Of a stretch of DNA of 64,000 nt, positions 27,277 to 41,540 are shown piece by piece. A program made the translations under genes and the position numbers. Under the pieces are notes generated by a model that was not told the origin of the DNA, did not search any database, and worked only from the letters and a program-made list of their open reading frames with translations. Each line of letters begins with the position of its first letter. Positions within the stretch are counted from its first letter, which is position 1. This DNA is from Eledone cirrhosa (taxonomy: Eukaryota), in NCBI GenBank assembly GCA_964016885.1, contig OZ024742.1, forward strand, positions 97,898,001-97,962,000, read 5' to 3'.

Positions 27277-29157
27277 TTACCTTACTTCTCGTAGAGGAAG
27301 GACGGTTTTTCCATCCTTTTCACTGCTTGTGCCCTCCTCAGGAAAGATGTCCTTATAAATCCCCCTGGAGAGTGCTTGTTGGAAGTCTCCGATGTCTTTG
27401 GGGAATTTTTGTTTTAGTGTCATGTACGTTTTCTGTGTGATGCGAGTGATTAGTATGTGTGAAGGTGGTGTGAATTTTTGGGTTGTTGTGTATTCTTTTT
27501 CTGTGATGCTGGTGTTGTGTTGGATGTAGTGTAATAATTGCTTGTTGTTCAAATTTAATGCTGTGTAGTGTGTATCGTTTTGGTTGTTTTGTTTTCTTTG
27601 CGTTTGTTGTGGGTTTGTTTCTGTTTCGCATTTTGGTGACTTTTGTGGTGTAGGTGATGGTCTTGGTGTGTGGGGTGATGGGATTGGTGATGCTGGTGTG
27701 GATGGTGGCATGTCTGTCCTAACTTTTTTGTTTGTTAATTTATTTGTTTCCCTCTGTATTTTGTTTTTGAAGGGGGAAGGAAGATCATTTTTTCTTTTTT
27801 ATTTCTTTTTTTTTTCCTGATACCGTTTCCCACTCCTCGTCGTCACAATCTGTCTCCAGTTGTGATAGGCCGGAGAGTGGAAAATCCTCCACAGGCGTTA
27901 GTTTTGGTTGTGGCATGTTGGATGGTGTAGGCGCTGGTGCTAGTTCTGAAGCGTTGGGTGGTGGTGGTGTTGGTTTTGCTACTGTTGCTGGGGTTGTTGC
28001 TGTTAAAGTTGCTTCTATTGTTGCTGCCATCTCTGCTACTGGTGGTGTTGATGGTTGAGTCACTGGGGTGGGTAGGAGAGGTGGCCTCAACCTTTTAGCC
28101 TGAGGGCAGAAAGCCCTTAGGTGGGTTCCTTCACCACAAACGACACACCTAGGCCTTCTGCCCTCGACAATTACGGTGAGGTTGCTGCCGTCAGTGAGGT
28201 CTATTACCTCTGGGATCTCGTCAATGCTTTTTTGGTCCGCTTGGATCAGGAGCTCCATCCCAGATCCGGACCAGTTCTCCTGCTTTTCTTTTGCTATTGC
28301 TATTATCTTGGTGTTGGCTTCGATGCTGGCAAGGACGGCCGCTATTAGCCAGGGAATTTTGATGGTCGGTGGAACGTTGGTCACCCTGATCTTTACGAGT
28401 CTCTGGCCACAATAGCTTGGGACGAGTGTGAAGTCGTCACTTCTTAATGGGGGCATGGAGTGTTCTCTAGCCTCTTCTGGTGTTTCAAAGAACACGTCCA
28501 CGGTTCCATACTTCTGCCCACGTCTGATGTGGGTTTTTCTTGCCCACACTTGTTCCACTCGGCGCGATTTTACATTAATTGTTCGATACGACACGGTGCA
28601 TAGGTGCCGATGCTCCATTTTATTAGGTGTGGGGGAGGGGGGGGGGTGACCCTGTACCCATCTTTCTTTACCATTTTTTTGGCATTTTCTAATTCCTCCT
28701 GAGTTACCGTAAATGCTTCGCACTGTTTTGCTACTCTGGCAAAACTCTGGGTGGTTTTTTTAATGTCATTGTTGCTGTTGTTGTTATCGTTATTTTTCTT
28801 ATTAATTTTAGTTTCAGTTGTGGTGGTGGTGACGTCAGTGGTGTTCGGTGTGGAAGAGTCCATTTTGGTTGAAAACATTTCGACATCACGAGTTGATTTA
28901 TTTTTTCCTTTTGTTTCTGTTGTCGCGGTGGTGGTGGGGGTGGTGGTTGTCGCGGTGGTGGTGGTGGTGGCGGCTTTAACACCTGCAGTCATTGGTAATG
29001 GCGGGAAATGAATGTCTGCCTGAGACAAATTTAAAATATTGCTACTGATTAAATTTTTAGTGTTGGCAAACGTAGTAATATTTACAACGGTGGTGTCGGT
29101 GTGAGGTGTTAGTTTATGAGGAAGGCTGTCAGCTTCGTGTGGCTGTGAGACTTCCAT
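27277..29157 (-). pseudogene. Tx1-B ORF1, frameshifted
   Basis: EGRRPRCVVCGEGTHLRAFC knuckle; ORF pieces 28570-29157, 27785-28723 and 27277-27711; shifts at homopolymer runs. Confidence 0.85.
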
Positions 29158-29370
29158 GTTTTTTTTTTCAAAGAAATTTTTTTGATAATTATAAATGTTT
29201 AAATTTTGGGCACCAGGCCCCAATCTTTTTGGGTGTGTTTTTCGGAAAACAATGTATGTGCGCTTATAAACAGTTAACAATAACATTTTCCATAAATGGC
29301 AATTTTTAACAAACGGAAATAACAAACCTTTGCGGAGCTCACGATGATACGATTTACTACGTAGGTCGCC

Positions 29371-29419
<49 letters not shown>

Positions 29420-29421
<2 letters not shown>

Positions 29422-30278
29422 GGAGAAAGAGCAACCTTCAATAACAACAAGGAGAAAGAGCAACCTTCATGAAAAATCCCTTCATAGTACCTTCTTTGAG
29501 AAAACTGAATTTAGAGATCCACAGACAGAAAAAAAAGGCGACAGAAGGAATGCTAATGGCTGCGCAAGAGCAGACCCTCAAAACGAAGTGGCTGAAACAC
29601 AATATTTACAAGGAGGAGGCTAGCCCACTGTGTAGGATCTGTGGAAAGAGAGAGGAGACTGTGGCTCACATTGTATCCGAGTGTAAACACCTAGCCCAGA
29701 CTCATTATAAAGGCTGGATAAATGATGTGATGGCAGGGTGATCCACTGGCACCTATGCAAAGTAAACAATTTACCACATTCTGAGAAGTGGTATGAGCAT
29801 AAGCCAGAGTCGGTGATGGAAAACGATCAGGTGAAGGTGCTGTGGGATTTTAGGATACAGACGGACCAGAAACTGGAACACAATAGGCCTGACCTGGTTT
29901 TTTTGGAGAAGGCAAAAAGATCGTGCCTGATTGTGGATGTAGCCTGCCCATTCGAGACGAGAGTGCAAGAGAGGAGAGGGAGAAAATTAACCGATACCAG
30001 CACTTAAAGTGGGAGGTAAAAAGGATTTGGAACTGCCATATGGTCAAAGCGGTCCTGATTGTCATAGGCGCACTAGGTACTATCTCAAAGAGTTTCCAAG
30101 GATGGTTAAATAAAATTGGTCCCGCCCCGCTTTTTGGAACACTTCAAAAGGCATGCTTGCTGGGAACAGCAAGAACTCTCCGATACGTCCTGAATATCTG
30201 AGTCTGCAGGTAGTGGTTTGATATTCATTTCAACAAACTTTCCAGTTAACTAACATCAATGACTTAGTCTCAAAGAAC
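29420..30278 (+). mobile_element. 5'-truncated Dong/R4-type non-LTR element (restriction-like endonuclease end) in (AAT)n
   Basis: CRICGKREETVAHIVSEC, HNRPDLV...IVDVACP, LQKACLLGTARTLR; (aat)n on both sides. Confidence 0.9.
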
Positions 30279-30343
<65 letters not shown>

Positions 30344-30346
<3 letters not shown>

Positions 30347-31917
30347 TTTCTTTATTGGCCACAAGGGCTGACACCAAGAAAACATTACAGACGGCACAGG
30401 ACGGTACGATGTGTGTTTTGTGCATGTAAAGATTTTTATTATTTATATAGAAAATAAAATAAAAAAGAAAAAAGACATAGAAACATATATATATATATAT
30501 CTTTATATATAAACGGAAAAAATGAAACGAAATTTCATTTCCCACTCTTAGTACGACTGTTACTTATATATAAGTATGTACACGTGCATACAGATATGTA
30601 TACAGACGTACAATAGTATGTATATATATATACATACATGCACACATATATATATGTACGTATGGATTCACCGAACATTTATTTTAATGCTCGGTGTGTT
30701 TGTAAACAAACATCCCGTATTAAGCCGTAGTGTCTAGCAACCATCGTTGCTCGTTTGTTCAGCACTGACAAAGGAACGCTGTACTAGTTTCAAGCTTATT
30801 AGCTATCGTCAGCAACGTATTCCTTCCTACCAGATTGATGAACGTGTATACTTACTTTATGCATATTAACGGCTGAGTAGCCCAATTTGCATATCGAGTG
30901 GGTTAATCGGCCGGGTGCACCGAAAACGATAAATATATATAAAAGCGAGAATGTTTGTGTGTGTCTGTGTACAACTTGGCATGCATAAGGCTTTCACAAT
31001 TACCAACTGAATTTGACCAAATTGTCTGTGCACGTTGCACAGGTCGATACGATTGTCACATCACAAACATTTTTCAAATCGACCCACGTTGAGCAATAAA
31101 AAAATCGATATTAAAATTATCGGTAGAAAAATTGATGTAAGGGAGATAACAAATTTATTGACAATCCTTATAAAAAATGGAGATAACCTTTTCACCAAAT
31201 ATATTAGTTTGCATTAATTATTGAAGACTTCTGCTTATTTTGAGAGGTTGGGACAAATAATGTTCTTCTTTTACTTCCTAGCTGTATATTCTTAGCATAA
31301 TTTCAAACCCCGAGCAACGCCGGGTAAACCAGCTAGTAAAAAATAAAAATGAAAATTGAAACAATGAAAAATTCCCCAATAGGCGGGAAAACTCTGAGGT
31401 TACTCGTGGCCAAAACCACACGAAAGACCACGGCCACCCTGACCACCATTTCTCAAACTACAGGCGTATATCAGAGCGGTCCCGTTCACCCGGACCATTC
31501 TCGCTACATTCACCCACATTTCAACAAACTTGTTAGAAGGTAGCACTTGTCTCTCCACTCTGATTTTCCTCTTCAAGTGAAACTTGAAAAAGTTAATTAG
31601 GGATTCGCTGAAGAGGAAAGTATCTGTCTTTAACCTTTTCAACCTTGTCCACCACACAATCTCTTTCGCCATGGTCACCAGTCAGATGAAAACCGCCTGC
31701 CATTCCTCCTCGAAGGAAGACGGCGAGACCATCTGCACAATGGTCGATAACCGGATCAGTCCTACACACGACAACAACTGTTCGACATAGATCCACAAGT
31801 CAACAATGCTCGGGCACTGAACGAGTGCGTGCACGACGGTTTCGTCGCTCTGCGCGCATCTCGGACAGGCTCGGCTGACGGCACTTCCGTGCCTGTGGAG
31901 CTTATCTCGAACCGGCA
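30344..31917 (-). mobile_element. 5'-truncated Tx1 copy D (ORF2 C-terminus and 3' UTR), interrupted by insertions at ~30540-31336
   Basis: PVRDKLHRHG..CPRCAQSDETVVHALVQC and AKEIVWWTRLK (31400-31917). The 3' terminus tttctttattggccacaaggg (30347) matches the termini of copies B and C. Confidence 0.8.
30933..31336 (+). mobile_element. Non-autonomous Helitron-like element
   Basis: Starts atatatataaaagcgagaatgtttgtgtgtgtctg; ends with GC hairpin cccgagcaacgccggg and CTAG (31333-31336) followed by T. Confidence 0.65.
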
Positions 31918-31928
31918 TAATAATAAGA

Positions 31929-34900
31929 GGAGGTAACATCCGAAGCAGACAATGATTTGAATGCTGAAATAAATAACATCTGGAACAAAGATACGGCCAT
32001 TGAGGAAATGAATGCTGACGGGCTAGGACAAGATTTGGTTGATATCCTAAACTTCGTTGTAGATGAAATGAACAATGATAGTGGGAAACCTATGAACCTA
32101 AGATTTGTAGACAGGAAAAAGTTAAAAGAAATAATAGCAAAGGTAAACAAAGTCATCCCATACCTTGAGACGAGGAACCTTCACCAATGCAACACTATCC
32201 TCAAAGCAACAGCGAATGCGGTGAGGAAATTACTTGGTATAAAAACGAGAGGAAACAACAACCAAGAAAGATCAGAACCTTGGTGGAAAAACGACTGAAT
32301 TGTCAAATCAAGGAAATGAGAAATCACATTGGAAAGCTTGAGTCCCTACTGAATGGGACACTACAAAACATAGACACTAAAAATAGACTGGAAATAAAGT
32401 ACAAAACAAGGAGGAAAAAGCTAAATATCATCATAGAGGAACTGAAGCACGCATTGTAGCAAAGAGTGCAAAGATTAGGCGGTATGACAGCAGAGTCAGT
32501 CAGTATAGACAGAACCGCATGTTGGATAACAACCAGATCTTGTTTGGACATCTTGAAGGGAAAGAAAGAGGCAACGACTTGATCCCTGAGGCGGAACATA
32601 CTAAGACATTCTGGAGAGAAATATGGGAGCAGGATGTTGAACATAATGATCAGGCAGTGTGGATTGAGACAGTACAAAAGGAGATTAGTGAACAAGCACA
32701 CCAACAAACTGATTTGAGTATCACTGTTGAAACTCTTAAAGGGCAACTGGAAATCACCAGGCCCAGATGGTGTGCAGAGGTATTGGATCAAAAATATAAG
32801 AACCCTCCATCCGAAACTGACAGCCATGTTCAATGACTGCTTGATGTCAGGTGAGGTACCAGAGTGGTTGACAAAAGGTACCACAGTTCTGATAATGAAA
32901 GACCGAATCAAGGGTAATGATGTTACCACATGTCTATCCGTAATGTGTAAACTGTTGACAAGCATTATGTCTGAGGAAATCTACCATCACCTCCACACAA
33001 ACAACTTCTTACCGGACGAACAGAAAGGATGCCGAAAGAAGTCACGTGGTACAAAGGACCAGTTACTTATTGATAAGATGGTAATGAGGAATTGCAAGAG
33101 GAGGCACACTGGTCTTGCCATGGGATGGATAGACTACAAAAAGGCATTTGACATCGTGCCTCATTCTTGGATCACCAAAAGCCTGGAGATCTTCAGGGTG
33201 GCAGATAACATCAGACAGTTGTTGGGCAAAAGTATGAAGTCCTGAGAAACAGAGTTAACATCAACTGGAGAATCCTTGGGAAGCGTGAAGATCAAGAGAG
33301 GTATCTTCCAGGGAGATAGTCTGTCTCCTCTGTTGTTTGTCCTTGCCCTGATGCCCCTGACCAGTGTACTGCGAAAAGTGAGAGCAGGATACAGGTTGGG
33401 AAAGGGAGAGCTTACCATCAATCACCTCCTCTTCATGGATGATCTTAAGCTCTTCGGGAAGAGTGAGAAGGAGGTGGATGTGCTTGTTGACACTGTCCGT
33501 ATTTTCACCAATGATATATGTATGCAATTTGGTATTAGTAAGTGTGGAGTCATTGTGATGAAGAGGGGTAAGTTGAGCAGAAGTAACGGAATCCAGGTAC
33601 CAACGGGTGAGATGATAAAGGAAATTGACTCTGAAGAAGGATACAAGTATGTGGGCGTTCTGGAGGCTGATGACATCAAGCGCAAAAAAATGAAGGAATT
33701 GATAAGAACTGAATATATTCGGAGAGTAAGGAGCGTATTAAAGCCACATCTGAACAGTAGGAATGCCATAAGTGCAGTAAATTCCCGAGCTGTGTCTATT
33801 ATTAGGTACAGTGCGGGAATTCTGAGATGGAATGTTGCTGAACAGAAAGAAATGGATAGGAAGACTAGGAAACTATTGACTATCTACAACATGTTCCACA
33901 AGAGGAGTGATGTCGATAGACTCTACTTAAGGAGATCTGAGGGTGGAAGAGGTCTTATCAGCATAGAGGACTGTGTTCAGATGGAGAAAAACAACCTACA
34001 CAAATACGTGACTGATAGTAATGAGCCAATGCTCAGAATTGTACTGAAGGAGGGGACAATAGGCCAGGGGATGTCCAAGGAGGAAATAACATCAAGGAGA
34101 AAGAGCAGCCTTCAGGAAAAATCCCTTCATAGTACCTTCTTTGAGAAAACTGAGAAGGAGTTGGATCTACTCGTATTTTCAGCAATGATATATGTATGCA
34201 ATTTGGTAATAATAATGTCCTAGTGATGAAGAGGGGTAAATTGAGCAGAAGCAACGGAATCCATGTACCAACAGGTAAGATGATAAAGGAAATTGACACT
34301 AAAGAAGGATACAAATATTTAGGTATTCTGGAGGCAGAACAAGACATCAAGAATAAAAACATTAAGGAATTGATAAGATCTGAGTACATTAGGAGAGTAA
34401 GGAGCGTATTAAAATCACATCTAAATAGTAGGAATGTCACAAGTGCAGTGAATTCCCGAGCTGTGCCTATTATTAGGTACAGTGCGGGAATTCTGAGATG
34501 GAATGTTGCTGAACAAAAAGAAATGGATAGCAAGACTAGGAAGCTATTGACTATCTACAACATGTTCCAGAAGAGGAGTGATGTCGATAGACTCTACTTA
34601 AAGAGATCTGAAGGTGGAAGTGGTCTTATCAGATTATGTTCAGATGGAGAAAAACAACCTGCACAAATACGTGACTGACAGTAGGGAGCCAATGCTCCGA
34701 ATTGTACTGAAGGAGTGAACAATAGACCAGGGATGTCCAAGGAGGAAATAATAGCAAGGAGGAATAGCAATCTTCCTGAAAAATCCCTTCATAGTACCTT
34801 ATTTGAGAAAACTGAATTTAGAGATCCAAAGACATGGAACTGGTTAAAAAGAGGAGACCTTAAAAAGGCTACAGAAGGAATGTTAATGGCTGCGCAAGAG

Positions 34901-35611
34901 CAGGCCCTCAGAACGAAGTGGGTGAAACACCATATTTACAAGGAGGAGGCTAGCCCACTGTGCAGGATCTGTGGACAAAGAGAGGAGACTGTGGCTCACA
35001 TTGTATCCGAGTGTAAACACCTAGCCCAGACTCACTATAAGGGCTGGAGACATGATGTGATGGGCAGGGTGATCCACTGGCACCTATGCAAAGTAAACAA
35101 TTTACCACATTCTGAGAAGTGGTATGAGCATAAGCCAGAGGCGGTGATAGAAAACGATCAGGTGAGGGTGCTGTGGGATTTTAGGATACAGACGGACAAG
35201 AAACTGGAACACAATAGACCTAACCTGGTGGTTGTGGACAAAGAAAAAAGATCGTGCCTGATTGTGGATGTGGCCTGCCCATTCGACACGAGAGTGCAAG
35301 AGAAGGAGAGGGAGAAAATTAATCGATACCAGGACTTAAAGTGGGAGGTAAAAAGGATTTGGAACTGCCATGAAGTCAAAGTGATCCCGATTGTCATAGG
35401 CGCACTAGGGACTATCTCAAAATGTTTCCAGGGATGGTTAAAGAAAATTGGCCCCTTCACGCTTTTTGGAACGCTTCAAAAGGCATGCTTGCTGGGAACA
35501 GCAAGAACCCTCCGATACGTCCTGAATATCTGAGGCTGCAGGTAGTGGCTTGATATTCATTTCAACAAACTTTCCAGTTAACTAACATCAATGACTGAGA
35601 CTTAAAAAGAG
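31929..35611 (+). mobile_element. Dong/R4-type LINE (RT plus RLE), frameshifted, with an internal duplication, in (TAA)n
   Basis: WKSPGPDG, EQKGCR, IDYKKAFD, GIFQGDSLSPLLF, HLLFMDDLKL, CRIC..ETVAHIVSEC, RHD, RPN..VDVACP; begins after ataataataag and ends before (taa)n. Confidence 0.92.
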
Positions 35612-35914
35612 TAATAACAACAATAATAATAATAATGATTTCATTTATTAGCCACAAGGGCCGATATGTAGGGGACAATACAAAGACAGGGACAGTGGGG
35701 GTTTACAAGAAGGTCGAGTAAAATTGCACAATGGCAAGACTAATTTAACAATGAAAATATAAAAATATAAAATAAACTATGCATAAATATAACAAAATAA
35801 ATTAACAGATAGGGGTGGACGACCTTGGGGTGATTCGGGTACCCCACCAATCCTGAACTACCCTGCGCTTCTAGGGCACCCAGGGAGAGCACCCCTCTCC
35901 TCAAGTTAGCTAGC

Positions 35915-38900
35915 CTATAGGCGCATGGTCAGAGTAGTCCCATTCACACGAGCCATTCTCGCCACATTCACCCACCTTTTAGCAAATGTACTGGGGTGCA
36001 GCACTTCTCTCTCCACCCTCACCCTCCTTTCCAGGTGAAACTTGAAGAAGTTGATGAGGGATTGGCCGAAGAGAAAAGTGTCTGTCTTTAGTCCTTTCAA
36101 ACTGGTCCACCATATAATCTCTTTCGCAACTGCCACCAGATAGAGGGAAATTTCCTGCTCTTCCTGACCTAAGGAAGGCGGTGGATCGATCTTCACTACG
36201 GACTCGGCCGATAGCCGGATTCGTTCCACACGCGACAGTAGCTGTTCGACATAACTCCACAAGTCAGTAATGCACGGACATTGGACAAGTGCGTGCAGAA
36301 CGGTTTCGTCGTTCTGTGCGTATCTTGGGCAGGTCCGTCTGACAGCACTTCCGTGCCTGTAGAGTTTATCCCGAACCGGCAGTGCCACTCGGTAGCACTG
36401 CCAAGCGAGGGATTTCTGGAAATTGTCCATCGTCCCCGGCTCAAAAGTCCTCTGGTACAGACTGGTCAGTTCGACTTCGTCGAGGCCCAAAGCTTCTCCG
36501 AGTGCGTCATCGCACTTACCCACCACTAATCCTCTATAGAACTCGAGAGTGGAAGTTCCACTGATCGCATTGCCCGCTTGGTAGAGGGCAGTGAGTGCCT
36601 GGCAACATTCCAGGTGCCAGTCACCCAGTCTCGGTCTCTTCTTGACCCAGGACTGCAGCTCAGTCCAAGAAATGAGCTGCGGAAAGGCCCGTCTGATAAA
36701 CGGCGACCACACCTGTTCACCGTTGAGCCATAATATCTGGAGATGTCGCAGCCTGAACGCATGTCTGCACATCATTAGCCACGGCATGCCCAGCCCTCCG
36801 CGTAGAGGGTTCGGGCAGCAGATGGACTGCCTCACCAACGGAACTTATCCCCTCCACAAGAATTTGAAGAGGAGCCGTTCCAACTTGACGAGGCGCGGAC
36901 GGGGGCAAGGCACGACGGTCAGGCGGTAGTAGATGACGGACACGATGTACGCATTCGCCACCTCCGCGCGACCTTTCAGTGATAGCTTCCTCCCAGCCCA
37001 TTTTTGGGTGAGACTGGCTACACTGCTCGTTACCTCGTCCCAATTCTTTTCCCACCTGGAGGTCTGGTCCGAACCAAACCCCGAGCAACTTTACCGGTCT
37101 CTCCTTCCAGCGCCCCACGACGCTGTTGGATGGCATGGGCTTGCCTCTCCAGGTTCCGAGCTGCAAGCCCACCGACTTTTCCGGGTTAAGTTTGGCTCCT
37201 GTCAACCTTTCATATTCCTTCAATAAGGTACCGACCACCTCGATTTCTGAGGTGTTCGACACCATCCCGGTGATGTCGTCCGCATAAGCCGACACTGCCT
37301 TTCCACGTCCCGGTTCGAGCGGGATGCCCTGCAACAGCTCCAGCTTCCGCAGTAAAGACTCGAGAGTCAATACGTACAGAAGGGAAGAGAGAGGGTACCC
37401 TTGACGGACCGATCGGGATAGCCGAAATTGTTCCGAGAGGTGGCCATTAACCTTGACCACCGAGCGTGTGCCTCTGTGCATATCAACGATCCAACTTCTA
37501 AAGACAAGGCCGAAGCCAGCTGCTTTGAGGACAAACTCCAGATACCGATGGTCGACCCTATCGAATGCTTTCGATTGATCTAAATTGATCAGTGCCCCAC
37601 CGAAGCCAGGTTTACACCCTACCCTCTCTATGATGTATCGCATGAGATGGAGATTGTCGTGTATGGACCTGGCTGGGATTGCGCAACTTTGCGCCTCCCC
37701 AACCAAATCCTCGACGACAAGCGCCAATCTCTTTGCTAACACCTTGGCCAAAATCTTAAACTCTGTGTTGAGCAGAGTTATGGGCCTGAAGTTGTCTAAT
37801 GTATCCCTCTTGTTCTCGTCTTTCCTTATCAGCGTCACCACTCCCCTGCTCACAGAACTGGGAATACTCCCATTCTGCTGCCAGTTGCAGTAGAGTGCTT
37901 CTAGGAGTTCGGAGAACAAGTCTGGCATATTTACGTAAAGATCGTAGGGCAGGCCATGCAAACCGGGTGACTTGCGCCTCATGCAGCCGACAAGGGCGTC
38001 CTGAATTTCGGCTGAAGTAATCGTCATTTCGCAGCGCTCAGCGTTGACCGTCAAGATGCGCGGCAAGCCGTCAAGGTAGGGTCTGAAATCCGCTACTCTC
38101 TCTGACTCGCCACTTTCTCTGAACAACCAAGCAAAGTGCTGGTGAAAGGCCTCACACATCCGCTTGGAATCGCTTATCTCGTGTCCGTCTCGGTCCGCCA
38201 AAGACCGAATTGTGGTTTTATTACCACGCTGCGCCTCTGCCACGCGGGCCCATCCAACAGCTTTAGTTCCCTCGTTTCTCAGCGTACGCGCCTTAGCTCT
38301 GACAATGCAGCCTTCGTGTTTGGCATTGAAGAAATTGTCTAATGCCATTCTCGCCGCTAGCACGTCAGTTGCGATGCCACTACAAATAGCCTCGTCTAAC
38401 TTATCTACCAGCTCCCCCTCCTTTCTATTTTTCTCTAACGCTAGTTCTTTGCTGAACTCTATCGAAGTTACTCTAATCTCTCTTTTGAGAGCCACCCACC
38501 ATCTGTTGTTGATGATCCCTCCTGTCAATTTTTGCTTAACTAAATTGTTGACTCGGTCCCTGTAAGCCTTACGTGCCGGAAATGACATGTTCAGTTTCCA
38601 GTAACCTACGCGTTTTATTTAGGTCGACCGTACAGATCACAAATTTGTGATCTGAATAGGCGACCGTTTTAAAAAGTGGACAGCCCACACTATTTCTATC
38701 TATTGTCCTAATGAAGATCCTGTCTATATACGATCTAGATGACCCTATTCGGTTGGTCCATGTCCATACTGGCACATTGGGGAAATCTAGTCGATACCTG
38801 TCAGACAGTTGGAACTGGCTGAGTAGGTGCTTGAGGCTTTTGCACCCCCCGCTCCTATCGGCTACTCCCACACAGTCCCAGCGTGCGTCTAAGATGCCAT

Positions 38901-39326
38901 TCCAGTCCCCCGCTAACAGTAAAGGGCGAGACGTACCCAGAAAGGTCTCCAGGCGCCTAAAGAAGTCAGGTCGTCCGGCCCCTGTAGGGGCGTAGACGGC
39001 CAGCAGTCTAAAGGCACCACCTTCGCTACTGCTCACATCCAAGACCACCAACTTACCGTCCGGGTCCCGGAAGATTGACCTTACCTCGAGATCCAGTCCT
39101 TTCCTAAACAGCACTGCCACCCCACCCCCATTCCCGGCCTGCTAACAGATGCGAAGATCTGATAGTCGTCGAAAATGGGGGCTAGTGCGCGCGTGTCGGA
39201 AATTCTGGTCTCGCTTACGGCAATCACATCTTTTTCCAGCGACCGGAGGTCGTTGAGCAGGCGACCCTGCTTCCAGGGTGACCCCAGGCCGCGAACATTT
39301 AAACTTCCTACTCTTAATATGGCCAT
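35915..39326 (-). pseudogene. Tx1-C ORF2 (APE-RT-CCHC), frameshifted
   Basis: LNVRGL, GDWN, SYIDRIF, YSDHK; 623-aa RT piece with YADD; ORFs 39081-39326, 38569-39120, 36717-38588 and 35915-36838. Confidence 0.93.
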
Positions 39327-39329
39327 ATT

Positions 39330-41316
39330 GGTAAGCTAAGAGAGAGAGAGAGAGGGAAGGTTTACTTACCTTCCGGGTCTTGTGAAGGTCGGGTGGTTCG
39401 ACCTCCATGGTTGGTGGGGTTTCTTTTGGGAACCCCTTTAAAAGTCTCGATGTGGGTTTCACATTCGGGGTTCCCACGTCTTGAGGAAAGCTCTCTCGAA
39501 TTTCTTTGAAGGAATTGAGTGACATTCGGACCAGAAGCAAATCTTCTGGCACGCAAAATGTGCTCATTTCAAAAATCTCCCCCTCTGTTTGAATGTCCTC
39601 GCTTCGCGCTAAGAGGGCAATCAGTTTATCGTTGGCCCTTCTGACAAGCACGAAGTTTTCTACATTTTGTTGGTGTGGTTTTATTTGTTTTCGTTTTGGT
39701 GACTGTGGTGGCGATGGTTTTGGTGGTGTTGTTTCGGGTATGTCTATGTTTGTTGTAGGTGTGGTGTCTGCAATTTCAGGTATTTGTGTGTTTATTTGTA
39801 CTTGTGTTTGTTTAGGTTGTTTGCGTTTCGGGGATTGTGGAGGTGGTGTCGATGTTGTTGTTGGTGATGATGTTATTGGGGAAGTGTTTGCGTTAGTGGT
39901 GTCTGTATTTTTTGTTGTGTATGTTTTTGTGTTTTGTTGGGGCTTTTTTTTTTGTGAGATTTCTCTGTTTTTTTGCACTTTTGGGTTTTCCTTCATCTAC
40001 GCTGCTGGAAGACAAAGGATCTGTGTCTGTGAGTGTTTCTGTGTCTGTGTATACGTTTATTGTTTTGTCTATGTGTATAATTGGGAGGGGGGAGGGGGAG
40101 AGCTTTCCTCGTTTTCTCCTTGGATTGGTTTTGGTGTTGGTGGTGATCCGGCTGCTTTTGATGTTGGTGTCCGTGTTTTCGTTGGTCTTGTTTTTGGTGG
40201 TGGTGGTGGTGCTGCTTTCCATGCTGACACTGGCGTTGGCAACAAAGGAGGTTTGCGACCCCCTGCATTTTTGTGCTGAGGGCAGAAGGCTTGAAGATGC
40301 GTTGCTTCCCCGCAGACGAAGTAGCGTGGCCTTCTTCCGTCAATGATTAGTTGGATTGTTGTCCCGTCCTGCAGGCGGGCAAAATCCGGGATGTTATTCA
40401 TATCCTCCGGTTTCATTTGGAGAAGAATCTCCAAATCCATTCCGGACCAGTCCTCTCTCTCTATCCTTTTGATATCCAGGAGGGTAGTGTCTGTCCCCTC
40501 CTCGATTACGCATCCCAGCAGCCACCATATGTTCATTCCTGGTGGGATGCTAGTTATGCGTACCTTTACTGTCCTTTTACCCATGTAGGACGGATGCATG
40601 ATAATGCGTTCCGTTCTCCAGGGGGCCACCGAGTGCTTAATAGCGAGGGCCTCGGTTTTGAACAGTACCGAGATGGTACCGAACTGTTTGCCTCTTGCTT
40701 TGTACTCTATGTTACTTCCGATGTACTCCAAAGCAGCCTCTACCTCTGCTTGGCTCGCAAGTTCCACTTTTCGTGTCTGCACCGAAATACATCGAAAGAA
40801 CACCGTCCTCCTTTGCATGGCCGCTATTGCCTCGTCCGGGACTGTCAGGTTAGCCCAGGACTTCTCCCGTTTAATTAGCCTCCGCGCTTTGGCCAACTGT
40901 TCTTCTTTATCGCTAATATCAATATCAATATTCAATAAGCGCTTTGTTTTTGCTGCTGCTGCAGCAACTGTGGTGCTTCTGATGCTCTTATTGTTGGTGT
41001 TGTCATTCTTGCTGTTGTTATTGGTGTTGCCACCGCCATCCGTGCTTACATTGAAGCTGTCGGTGTTATTGTCGTTATTGCTCTGAGTTGTTGTTGTTGT
41101 GGTGGTGGTGGTGGCGGTGGTGGCGATGTCGTTTTCAGATGATACTGCTGCTATCACAGAAGGTTGTGATGGTAGCTTTTGAGTTTTTCCTTCACATTCA
41201 GTAGAGTGGATGACAGGCATGACTGTAGCCGTCGTAGTCGTGGTGAAATCTACAGTAGCTGTCTTTAAACTTTTGACTTGAACGTTGTTTACCGTTTCAA
41301 GGTCGAAAATTTCCAT
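39330..41316 (-). pseudogene. Tx1-C ORF1
   Basis: ORFs 40069-41316 and 39142-39996; GRRPRYFVCGEATHLQAFC (first Cys replaced by Tyr); homologous to ORF1 of copies A and B. Confidence 0.85.
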
Positions 41317-41540
41317 AATTTTCTTTTGGTGGGGAAGCGATTTTTTTCGAAGTTTTTTAAAATAAATCTGAATATTCGGGCTTAAAGCCCGAATGTTGAG
41401 AGGTATCCCTCTCTTTAAATCAAGATGTGTACCTTAAGTTTCGTTAACGACAAGAAAATACAACAAATGACACTTTAAAACAGCTTAAAGTTACGAACCT
41501 TTTCCCCCGCAGATTTGTACTGTCTTCACGCATGTGCGGC

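Larger units (their letters stand above)
23944..29370 (-). mobile_element. Tx1-clade LINE, copy B, near full length, in (AAT)n
   Basis: Same architecture as copy A; (aat)n at ~23895-23943 and ~29372-29420. Confidence 0.9.

Noticed and set aside
39336-39369. 34-nt GT-AG mini-intron before Tx1-C ORF2
   Set aside because: Too short for a typical spliceosomal intron, and the AG is absent in copy B; only the donor motif is kept as a finding.
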